A program made the position numbers and the translations under genes. The notes under the pieces were generated by a model. It saw only the letters and a list, made by a program, of their open reading frames with translations, made no database searches and was not told where the DNA came from. From Macrostomum lignano (taxonomy: Eukaryota): 64,000 bases of DNA. The stretch covers positions 138,394-202,393 of the forward strand of contig NIVC01001641.1 of the NCBI GenBank assembly GCA_002269645.1, given 5' to 3'. Shown piece by piece: positions 13,675 through 25,600 of this stretch (position 1 is the first letter of the stretch; each line of letters begins with the position of its first letter).

Positions 13675-16600
13675 ATGTCTTCCAACTCGTCATCGCCGCT
13701 GGTGCACCAGAAGGACACAACCTACACGAAGATCTTCGTGGGCGGCCTGCCGTACCACACCACGGACGAGACGCTGAGGAAATACTTTGAGCAGTTCGGT
13801 GACCTGGACGAAGCGGTGGTCATCACGGATAGGAACACGAATAAGAGCCGGGGCTACGGATTCGTGAGTAGCCGCCGGGACTGGGACAGCCGGGCTGAGA
13901 TTGCGAGATTCTGGAGTGAGATTGTGAGATTTCAGAGCGAGACTGTGAGATTTTCGAGTAAGATTGTGAGATTCTGGAGTGAGATTGTGAGATTTCAGAG
14001 CGAGACTGTGAGATTTCAGAGTGAGACTGTGTGATTTCAGAGTGAGATTGTGAGATTTTAGAGGGAGACTGTGAGATTTTTTAGTGGGACTGTGAGATTT
14101 TGGAGTGAGATAGCGAGATTTCGGAGTGAGATAGCGAGATTTAGGAGTGAGCTTACGAGATTCTGGAGTGAGATTGTGAGATTTCAGAGCGAGACTGTGT
14201 GGTTTCAGAGTGAGATTGTGAGATTTTAGAGGGAGACTGTGAGATTTTTGAGTGAGACTGGGAGATCATGAGATTTCAGAGTGAAATTATGAGATTGAGG
14301 CTGAGTGAGAGTTTAAGTGAGATCCTCACCTCTGGTGGTGAGACTTTAGGAAGAAGAGTGAGGCAACCGGAGCCCAGACTTCAATATCTACAGGTGGAAA
14401 AAGTTAGAATACAAATTTCGAATGCTCCGCTGCTAATAGCGAAATAGCGAAACAGTTCCAGCGGAGCACCTGTGCGATGGCGCCCCAGTCTGGATAATGC
14501 AACTGCAAAATAAACTGCCTCTGTGGGTCAATTAGGCAGGCCGGGAACCTGCAGAGCTGCCCCATGGCTGCAGCGGACTTACCAACCAGCCTCCAACCCC
14601 CATCCCAAAACGCCCCTGTTGCTGCCCACCGCATTCCGTCCGCCTGTGAGGCTGCGTGAGATGAGGCTTGAAGTTATTGTTCCACCAACGTTGCCGCCCG
14701 CGTCCTCAATGCAAATTTCTGCAGTTTAACTGAGGCTGGAGAGCCCGCAGCCTCCTGTCTCCCTCTCTGCCCCCCTCTCCTTCCCACCCCTTCCCTGCTT
14801 CTGTTCTGTCAGCCGCTGGGAACCCATACAATCATCATTTTTAATAGTTTTATATTTTCAGCTAAACACTATTTCTCTTCTAAAAGCTGCAAATCTGCCT
14901 GATTCAGCTTTTGGCTTGCCCGATGGCCCACTGGTAACACCTGCAGACAGTCCAAGACTTTGCCATCAATAAAAGCAAAGGTTAATTGCCCGCCTGACCC
15001 CGGGGGGGGGGGCAGCCCCCTAGCCAGTTTCTTCAGCCGTTGCTGATGGAGCTGCGGGCACCAAAAGCGGAAAACTTTGTACAGCCCCAGTCGGTTGATA
15101 AGAGAACAAACCATTTTCTGCTTTCTGTGCCGGGCTGGTCTGACCCAAAATCCTACGCCGGCACAATTATCCCCGCTTTCTTCCCCTTCCCACTCTCGTC
15201 CCCTCTCGGCCGAGTCTGTACACTCGAACAGCGAAGCGCGAAAGCCAAGGGGATTTTGGAAGATTTCGTGTGCGTCATGCGTCACGACTGCGCCTAGGGA
15301 GGGGGGGGGGGCTCCCAGCAGACCCTCCAGCAGCCCCCAGTCCGAGATTATCAGACTGAACCTTCTGTACCTCTTGTACCTATTTTGGAGGCTTCGCGTT
15401 TGTTAGCAATCCAGCTTTTTGCATTTTTTGCTTCAATGTTGCAGAAGTAACAACTGGCAATGCCTTTTAAGCTGATCCTTTGAAACCGATGCTTACTGAC
15501 GGTTTCCCTCCGATTCTCTGCCCCGACAAATTTGAAATGAGAAATACTTTCGCATTAAGTTTGGCTTAGTCCTGACACTGGTATTAGCCTGGTCCTGACA
15601 CTTGAATTGGCTTGGTCCTGACACTGGTATTGGCTTGGTCCTGACACTGGTATTGGCTTGGTCCTGACACTGGTATTAGCTTGGTCCTGACACTGGTATT
15701 GGCTTGGTCCTGACACTGGTATTAGCTTGGTCCTGACACTGGTATTGGCTTGGTCCTGACGCTGGTATTGGCTTGGTCCTGACACTGGTATTGGCCTGGT
15801 CCTGACACTGGTATTAGCTTGGTCCTGACACTGGTATTGGCTTGGTCCTGACGCTGGTATTGGCTTGGTCCTGACACTGGTATTAGCTTGGTCCTGACAC
15901 TGGTATTGGCTTGGTCCTGACACTGGTATTGGCCTGGTCCTGACACTGGTATTAGCTTGGTCCTGACACTGGTATTGGCTTGGTCCTGACGCTGGTATTG
16001 GCTTGGTCCTGACACTGGTATTGGCTTGGTCCTGACGCTGGTATTGGCTTGGTCCTGACACTGGTAGTGGCTTGGTCCTGACGCTGGTATTGGCTTGGTC
16101 CTGACACTGGTATTGGCTTGGTCCTGACGCTGGTATTGGCTTGGTCCTGACACTGGTATTGGCTTGGTCCTGACGCTGGTATTGGCTTGGTCCTGACACT
16201 GGTATTGGCTTGGTCCTGACACTGGTATTAGCCTGGTCCTGACACTGGTATTGGCTTGGTCCTGACGCTGGTATTGGCTTGGTCCTGACGCTGGTATTGG
16301 CTTGGTCCTGACACTGGTATTGGCTTGGTTCTGACACTGGTATTGGCTTGGTCCTGACGCTGGTATTGGCTTGGTCCTGACACTGGTATTGGCCTGGTCC
16401 TGACACTGGTATTGGCTTGGTCCTGACGCTGGTATTGGCTTGGTCCTGACGCTGGTATTGGCTTGGTCCTGACACTGGTATTGGCTTGGTTCTGACACTG
16501 GTATTGGCTTGGTCCTGACGCTGGTATTGGCTTGGTCCTGACACTGGTATTAGCCTGGTCCTGACACTGGTATTGGCTTGGTCCTGACGCTGGTATTGGC

Positions 16601-19600
16601 TTGGTCCTGACGCTGGTATTGGCTTGGTCCTGACACTGGTATTGGCTTGGTTCTGACACTGGTAGTGGCTTGGTCCTGACACTGGTATTGGCTTGGTCCT
16701 GACGCTGGTATTGGCTTGGTCCTGACGCTGGTATTGGCTTGGTCCTGACACTGGTATTGGCTTGGTCCTGACGCTGGTATTGGCTTAGTCCTGAGGTTCA
16801 CACCTGAGCGACTAAGCTGATTACGGCCATCCAGTGCAGCAGTTAAACTTGTTAAGTTTGAGATCAGAAAAATGATGAGGGAGAGAGGCTGGGGAGACTG
16901 GCCGCCCCGCAGTTGCACAGGCGGCAGCTCAGTCCTGTCACAGACGGCCAGTGGGATCTGCAAATTAAAAAAACCAAAAAAAATTTATTGACGACTGTTT
17001 GTCTCCAGTGCTCATCTATTAATTATTATTCACAAATTTATTTTGTTGAAAATGTTGACCAGGCAGCCGTGTGTGCGGCAGGGAGCAACCACGCTCGAGG
17101 TGGTCAGGGCTCAGCTTTTATCCTAGACTGGGTTGGGAGCAAAGATGAGAGATGGATGGGCTTGCTGCTAGCGCCTGACCGGGTAACGTGGGAGTCAGGG
17201 TGCTGTGTCAGTGGGAGTCAGGGTGCTGTGTCAGTGGGAGTCAGGGTGCTGTGTCAGTGGGAGTCAGGGTGCTGTGTCAGTGGGAGTCAGGGTGCTGTGT
17301 CAGTGGGAGTCAGGGTGCTGTGTCAGTGGGAGTCAGGGTGCTGTGTCAGTGGGAGCCTAGTTGCTGTGTCAGTGGGAGTCAGGGTGCTGTGTCAGTGGGA
17401 GTCAGGGTGCTGTGTCAGTGGGAGTCAGGGTGCTGTGTCAGTGGGAGCCTAGTTGCTGTGTCAGTGGGAGTCAGGGTGCTGTGTCAGTGGGAGTCAGGGT
17501 GCTGTGTCAGTGGGAGTCAGGGTGCTGTGTCAGTGGGAGTCAGGGTGCTGTGTCAGTGGGAGTCAGGGTGCTGTGTCAGTGGGAGTCAGGGTGCTGTGTC
17601 AGTGGGAGCCTAGTTGCTGTGTCAGTGGGAGTCAGGGTGCTGTGTCAGTGGGAGTCAGGGTGCTGTGTCAGTGGGAGTCAGGGTGCTGTGTCAGTGGGAG
17701 CCTAGTTGCTGTGTCAGTGGGAGTCAGGGTGCTGTGTCAGTGGGAGTCAGGGTGCTGTGTCAGTGGGAGCCTAGTTGCTGTGTCTGTGGGAGTCAGTGCT
17801 GTGTCTGTGGGAGTCAGTGCTGTGTCAGTGGGAGTCATGGTGCTGTGTCAGTGGGAGTCAGGGTGCTGTGTCAGTGGGAGTCAGGGTGCTGTGTCAGTGG
17901 GAGCCTAGTTGCTGTGTCAGTGGGAGTCAGGGTGCTGTGTCAGTGGGAGCCTAGTTGCTGTGTCAGTGGGAGTCAGGGTGCTGTGTCAGTGGGAGCCTAG
18001 TTGCTGTGTCAGTGGGAGTCAGGGTGCTGTGTCAGTGGGAGTCAGGGTGCTGTGTCAGTGGGAGTCAGGGTGCTGTGTCAGTGGGAGTCAGGGTGCTGTG
18101 TCAGTGGGAGTCAGGGTACTGTGTCAGTGGGAGCCTAGTTGCTGTGTCAGTGGGAGTCAGGGTGCTGTGTCAGTGGGAGTCAGGGTGCTGTGTCAGTGGG
18201 AGTCAGGGTGCTGTGTCAGTGGGAGCCTAGTTGCTGTGTCAGTGGGAGTCAGGGTGCTGTGTCAGTGGGAGTCAGGTGCTGTGTCAGTGGGAGTCAGGGT
18301 GCTGTGTCAGTGGGAGCCTAGTTGCTGTGTCTGTGGGAGTCAGTGCTGTGTCTGTGGGAGTCAGTGCTGTGTCAGTGGGAGTCATGGTGCTGTGTCAGTG
18401 GGAGTCAGGTGCTGTGTCAGTGGGAGTCAGGGTGCTGTGTCAGTGGGAGCCTAGTTGCTGTGTCAGTGGGAGTCAGGGTGCTGTGTCAGTGGGAGCCTAG
18501 TTGCTGTGTCAGTGGGAGTCAGGGTGCTGTGTCAGTGGGAGCCTAGTTGCTGTGTCAGTGGGAGTCAGGGTGCTGTGTCAGTGGGAGTCAGGGTGCTGTG
18601 TCAGTGGGAGTCAGGGTGCTGTGTCAGTGGGAGTCAGGGTGCTGTGTCAGTGGGAGTCAAGGTGCTGTGTCAGTGGGAGTCAGGGTGCTGTGTCAGTGGG
18701 AGTCAGGTGCTGTGTCAGTGGGAGTCAGGGTGCTGTGTCAGTGGGAGTCAAGGTGCTGTGTCAGTGGGAGTCAGGGTGCTGTGTCAGTGGGAGTCAGGTG
18801 CTGTGTCAGTGGGAGTCAGGGTGCTGTGTCAATGGGAGTCAGGGTGCTGTGTCAGTGGGAGTCAGGGTGCTGTGTCAGTGGGAGTCAGGGTGCTGTGTCA
18901 GTGGGGGTCAGTGCTGTGTCAGTGGGGGTTAGTACTGTGTCAGTGGGAGTCAGTGCTGTGTCAGTGGGGGTCAGTGCTGTGTCAGTGGGGGTTAGTACTG
19001 TGTCAGTGGGAGTCAGGGGTCAGTGCTGTGTCAATGGGAGTCAGGGCGAGCTATGTCAGTGGGAGTCAGGGTGCTGTGTCAGTGGGGGTCAGTGCTGTGT
19101 CAGAGATGCGCTAGAGTTAGTAGGAGTTATTAGGTTGTGTCAGTTTGAGCAATATTTCCTTGTCAGTGGATGTCAGAAAAGCCCTTAGCTGCAATCGTGA
19201 GCTTCAAATCCGCTGCCGCAGGTGACCATGAAGCGGGCCGAAGACGCCTTCAGAGCCATCCAGGAGCCGAACCCGTGCATTGACGGCCGCAAAGCCAACG
19301 TGAACCTGGCTGTGATCGGCGCCAAACCCAGGAGCATCCCTAACGGTGAGCGGCTGCGGGATTGGGGATTCGCAATGCTCTCCTGGCCGCGTCTTCGCCT
19401 GGCACCTCCTCTCTCCCTCTCTGCCTCTCACCCTCTCACCCTCTCCCTCTCTGCCTCTGCCTCTCTGCCTCTGCCTCTCTGCCTCTGCCTCTCTGCCTCT
19501 GCCTCTCTGCCTCTGCCTCTCTGCCTCTGCCTCTCTGCCTCTGCCTCTCTGCCTCTGCCTCTCTGCCTCTGCCTCTCTGCCTCTGCCTCTCTGCCTCTGC

Positions 19601-22600
19601 CTCTCTGCCTCTGCCTCTCTGCCTCTGCCTCTCTGCCTCTGCCTCTCTGCCTCTGCCTCTCTGCCTCTGCCTCTCTGCCTCTGCCTCTCTGCCTCTGCCT
19701 CTCTGCCTCTGCCTCTCTGCCTCTGCCTCTCTGCCTCTGCCTCTCTGTCTCTGCCTCTCTGCCTCTGCCTCTCTCCTCTCTCCCTCTCTCCCTCTCCCTC
19801 TCTGCCTCTCACCCTCTCACCCTCTCCCTCTCTGCCTCTGCCTCTCTGCCTCTGCCTCTCTGCCTCTGCCTCTCTGCCTCTGCCTCTCTGTCTCTGCCTC
19901 TCTGCCTCTGCCTCTCTCCTCTCTCCCTCTCTCCCTCTCTCCCTCTCTCCCTCTCACCCTCTCCCTCTCTGCCTCTCTGCCTCTCTGCCTCTCTCCCTCT
20001 CCTTTTCTGCCTCTCTTCCTTCTCTCTCTGTTTCTCTCTCTCTCTCGCCCCTCTCTCTCTCTCTACTCTTTTCCTCTTCCTTTTCCTCGCACCATCTCCC
20101 TCTCCTCCTCCCTCTCTTCTTCTCTTTTTAACCCCACCTTGATCTCTTATCTCAGTTCGTCTCTTTTGGGTAACGCATTAAGAAGCGCCTTGTCTCCATT
20201 CTGATTTCAATCGATCCTCATTTTCCCAGATTCTGGGGATCAGCATTTTAAAAAAGCAGAGCTACCTCAGCTGCCCCAGCTGCCGTTTCTTGCTGCTTTT
20301 GTTGTCCTGCCGTGCTCTGAGCATTTCCGCTCTGCCGGGGGTTGGGGGTTCTCAAAACTTCCTCAAGCTAGTCTTATCCCTAACCCTAAGTCAGCCTAAT
20401 AAGCTGCCCCAGTCCAGACAGCCTGAAGACTTCGGTCGGTTTGCGCGTGGACAAAGGATATATTTTTTACAAGGGGAAGCCAGCAAGGAAGAGGGGGGAG
20501 AGACGAGAAAGAAGATCTTTAGAAGTTTCATGTCGGCACTCAGCAAGCCATGCTGCTTGAGCTGTCCGGGTTTTGAGCAGCCTTTGAGATATTGGCGTCA
20601 TTTTTATATGCAGTACCTGCACACATTGACTTGACTGGGTAGCCTTTGTTGGCTGCATCTCCGGGGAGCGGACACCTCCGCCTGCGCGAGGCTTGTCAAC
20701 GGGAAACCCCTTCTTGGCGTCCGGTTCTGGTGCGGAGCCCGCGAGCGGTGATTTTTTTAGGCACGCGGATGCCAGCCCTGCCTTGCAGGCTCCGCGCCTC
20801 GCGAAATGTTGATTCTTATTCACAGAAAATACCCGCAACTGTGGATGCCCTTTAACAGAGCGTGGTTATCTAAGCAGTATAATATTAAACACTTTTACCC
20901 TCTCTGATCTTCTCTTACCCTCTATGATCCTCTCTTACCCTTTATGATCCTCTCTTACCCTCTATGATCCTCTCTTACCCTCTATGATCCTCTCTTACCC
21001 TCTATGATCCTCTCTTACCCTCTCTAATCCTTTTTTGCCCTCCCTGATCCTCTCCTACCCTCTCTGATCCTCTCTTATCCTCTCTGATTCTCTCCTACCT
21101 TCTCTGATCCTCTCTTACCCTCCCTGATCCTCTCCTACCCTCTCAAATTCTCTCTTACTCTCCTTGATTCTATCCTATCCTCTCTAATATTATCCTGCCT
21201 CTCTGATCCTCTCCTACCCTCTCTGATCCTCTCCTACCTTCTCTGATCCTGTCCATGCCACTGTGGATACTGTTAAAGTCTGTCCTAATCACAAACATAT
21301 TTCCATCTCCCCTTTCATTTTTCCTGTTGAGCAATGAATTTGAAATTTCCCTACTGCAGCAACGAATCCCCACTAGAAATCACTATCGCTGGTTTTCTGC
21401 CCTTGAGTTCAAAATTTTAAGCCGAAGGTCCGTTGATTAAATTTTAGCCTTTAGCAGAGGCTTTTCGAATGACTTTGAGCCTTGTCGGCTGTGGAGGCAG
21501 CTGAAGAGGAGAGATCAGAGAGAGATGATGGAGCTGGGGAGCTGCTGTGGAGGGGATCAGAGAGCAACAAGTTTCACCAGGGGATGCCCTCAAAGACAGA
21601 CGGCCTTCACTGACTTGTGCGGCCTCTAATCCGAGCTCTAGAGACAAGGTGGGCCCAGCCTCCGCCCCGGCTTCGCTAATCCCCATCTAGCTCGTGCTGC
21701 ATCCCACTGCCCGTGTCTATCCTCACTCATGAACTCACTCAAGAACTCACTCATGAACTCACAGATGAACTCACTCACTCATGAACTCACACATGAACTC
21801 ACTCAAGAACTCACTCACGAACTCACACATGAACTCACTCAATCATGAACTCACACATGAACTCACACATGAACTCACTCACTCATGAACTCACACATGA
21901 ACTCACTCAAGAACTCACACATGAACTCACACATGAACTCACTCACTCATGAACTCACACATGAACTCACACATGAACTCACTCACTCATGAACTCACTC
22001 ATGAACTCACACATGAACTCACTCACTCATGAACTCACACATGAACTCACTCAAGAACTCACTCATGAACTCACACATGAACTCACTCAAGAACTCACTC
22101 ATGAACTCACACATGAACTCACTCACTCATGAACTCACTCACTCATGAACTCACTCACTCATGAACTCACTCAAGAACTCACTCATGAACTCACACATGA
22201 ACTCACTCAGAACTCACTCATGAACTCACCCATGAACTCACTCATGAACTCACACATGAACTCACTCAAGAACTCACTCATGAACTCACACATGAACTCA
22301 CTCACTCACTCATGAACTCACTCACTCATGAACTCACTCACTCATGAACTCACTCAAGAACTCACTCATGAACTCACACATGAACTCACTCAGAACTCAC
22401 TCATGAACTCACACATGAACTCACACATGAACTCACTCAAGAACTCACTCATGAACTCACACATGAACTCACTCAAGAACTCACTCATGAACTCACACAT
22501 GAACTCACACATGAACTCACTCAAGAACTCACACATGAACTCACACATGAACTCACACATGAACTCACTCAAGAACTCACACATGAACTCACACATGAAC

Positions 22601-25600
22601 TCACTCATGAACTCACTCATGAACTCACTCTGAACTCACTCATGAACTCACTCATGAACTCACTCATGAACTCACTCATGAAATCACTCTTAAACTTTCT
22701 TGTTAACTCACTAACACTCTCTGAGTCTACATAAAACGTATTCAGAGAAGATCCAAACCAACGAACTCTAATAATAGAAAGCCAGCTAAAAGCAGGTGAA
22801 CCAAATGCGGTGCAATTTCATCATAGAATAAAAATCTGAAACTTCAAGCACTGCAACACGCCGCACCATTCAGAGCAGAGCTGCTCAAATGAACCCGCCA
22901 TAGATAGTGTGGGAAAGACACAAGCCCGAGGCACAAGATAAGATGAGCCATAAAGCTCGAGAGTGAGGAGGCGGCCTTACATCTTGTCTAAGCCGGCAAC
23001 TGTTCTCTTCTTCATCATTCTGAGCACTCTCTTTGCCTCTCTGTCTGTTGAGCCTTGTTGTTTTGCGAGTATTCAGGGGGAAGCTGCTGTCTACAGTTCG
23101 AGAGCCGCTCCGACAGAAGCAGACAGTCTCATTGTCCTCCCTGCCAACAGCGAAATGGCGCTGCAGGGTAGCTCTGTGCCCGGCCGGGCAGATCGGTCCG
23201 TGAGTCATGGAGAGTCTCAGTGGGTCTCTATTAAAATTATCTGCCCTGTAGCAATCTACCTATCTGTCCTAATGCTCTCAAAGTGCAATTTAACCACGTG
23301 TTTTATTGGGCGGGGGTTGTTGAGGTGGTTTTACAGCCTGCTTTTGTATCAATAGTTGAGCAGTTCGAAATGCAAAATCTCTGCTTGGTTGGGGTGGGTT
23401 TTAGTTGTAGAATTTGTAGCAGATGAAGAGTTTTAAAAATGCTGCTTGTCCTTCTAGTGAGCCTGAAGCATTTTTAGACTGAGTTTTTTACCTGTTGGAG
23501 TGGGTTTTTACCTGTTGAACTGGGTTTTTTACCTGTTGGACTGGGTTTTTACCTGTTGAACTGGGTTTTTTACCTGTTGGACTGGGTTTTTAACTGTTGG
23601 ACTGGGTTTTTACCTGTTGGACTGGGTTTTTTACCTGTTGGACTGGGTTTTTTACCTGATGGACTGGGTTTTTTACCTGATGGAGTGGGTTTTTTACCTG
23701 ATGGAGTGGGTTTTTTACCTGATGGAGTGGGTTTTTTACCTGATGGAGTGGGTTTTTACCTATTGGACTGGGTTTTTACCTGTTGGATAGGGTTTTTTAC
23801 CTGATGGACTGGGTTTTTACCTGTTGGAGTGGGTTTTTACCTGTTGGAGTGGGTTTTTACCTGTTGAACTGGGTTTTTTACCTGTTGGACTGGGTTTTTA
23901 ACTGTTGGACTGGGTTTTTACCTGTTGGACTGGGTTTTTTACCTGTTGGACTGGGTTTTTTACCTGATGGACTGGGTTTTTTACCTGATGGACTGGGTTT
24001 TTACCTGTTGGATAGGGTTTTTTACCTGATGGACTGGGTTTTTACCTGTTGGAGTGGGTTTTTACCTGTTGGAGTGGGTTTTTACCTGTTGAACTGGGTT
24101 TTTTACCTGATGGAGTGGGTTTTTACCTGTTGGAGTGGGTTTTTAACTGTTGGACTGCGTTTTTACCTGTTGGACTGGGTTTTTTACCTGATGGAGTGGG
24201 TTTTTACCTGTTGGACTGGGTTTTTTACCTGATGGAGTGGGTTTTTACCTATTGGACTGGGTTTTTACCTGATGGAGTGGGTTTTTACCTGTTGGATAGG
24301 GTTTTTTACCTGATAGACTGGGGTTTTACCTGATGGAGTGGGTTTTTACCTGTTGGACTGGGTTTTTACCTGTTGGATAGGGTTTTTTACCTGTTGGACT
24401 GGGTTTTTACCTGTTGGACAGGGTTTTAACTGTTACACAGAGTTTTACCTGTTAGACAGGGTTGCAACGTGTTGAATTAGAACAAGGTTGTAGTGCTTCA
24501 TTAACAAGAAACGCACGTTAATTACGAATTTAACAATATAATTGCATCCTTGAACTGCTTCGCCTGTCAATTCCAGCGCACCTACAGGCCCTGGCACTGG
24601 CGAGGATGCAGCAGAGCGTGCCGAATCCTGCGGGGTGAGTGAGGGGCCGCTACGCTGGGTGCAGATTCCAGCAGTCCCAGCTGTACTCATCTCTGTGCTT
24701 GAGACCAACTCTACATGTGTACTCACCACATCAGGACTAATCCTCCTCTGACCTGATCCTCCGTCACTTCGAACTAATTTTATACCCTCCCTGACCCTCT
24801 CCTACCCTCCCTGACCCTCTCCCACCCTCCCTGACCCACTCCTACCCTCCCCGACCCTCTCCTACCCTCCCTGACCCTCTCCTACCCTCCCTGACCCTCT
24901 CCTACCCTCCCTGACCCTCTCCTACCCTCCCTGACCCTCTCCTACCCTCCCTGACCCTCTCCTACCCTCCCTGACCCTCTCCTACCCTCCTTGATGCAAT
25001 ATGCAACCAAATCAGTTCTGAAAACCGATTCTTAGGTTAACAACTCTCTCCTACCCTCCCTGACCCTCTATTACCCTCCCTGAGCCTCTATTACCCTCCC
25101 TGACCCTCTCCTACCCTCCCTGACCCTCTCCTACCCTCCCTGACCCTCTCCTACCCTCCCTGACCCTCTCCTACCCTCCCTGACCCTCTCCTACCCTCCC
25201 TGACCCTCTCCTACCCTCCCTGATGCAATATGCAACCAAATCAGTTCTGAAAACCGATTCTTAGGTTAACAACTCTCTCCTACCCTCCCTGACCCTCTAT
25301 TACCCTCCCTGAGCCTCTATTACCCTCCCTGAGCCTCTATTACCCTCCCTGACCCTCGATCATACCCTCCCTGACCCTTGATCATACCCTCCCTGACCCT
25401 CGATAATACACTCATTGACCCTCTCCTACCCTCCCTGATTCTCTCCTACTCTCCTACCCTCCTTGACCCTCTCCTACCCTCCCTGACCCTCTCCTACCCT
25501 CCCTGATCTTCTCCTACCCCTCTGATCCTCCCCTACTGTCTCTGATTTACTCTATCTTTCTACGCCAGCAACTTGTTATGTTTACAAAATGACAAATAAT

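Noticed and set aside
15379-15388. CArG box CCTATTTTGG and paired CAGCTG E-boxes (about 20270) as muscle enhancers of RBM24
   Set aside because: About one such site is expected by chance in a 16-kb gene, and there is no supporting evidence in the sequence.
15565-19105. CRISPR-like regular 23-bp repeats
   Set aside because: Units abut directly with no unique spacers, there are no cas genes, and the context is eukaryotic introns.
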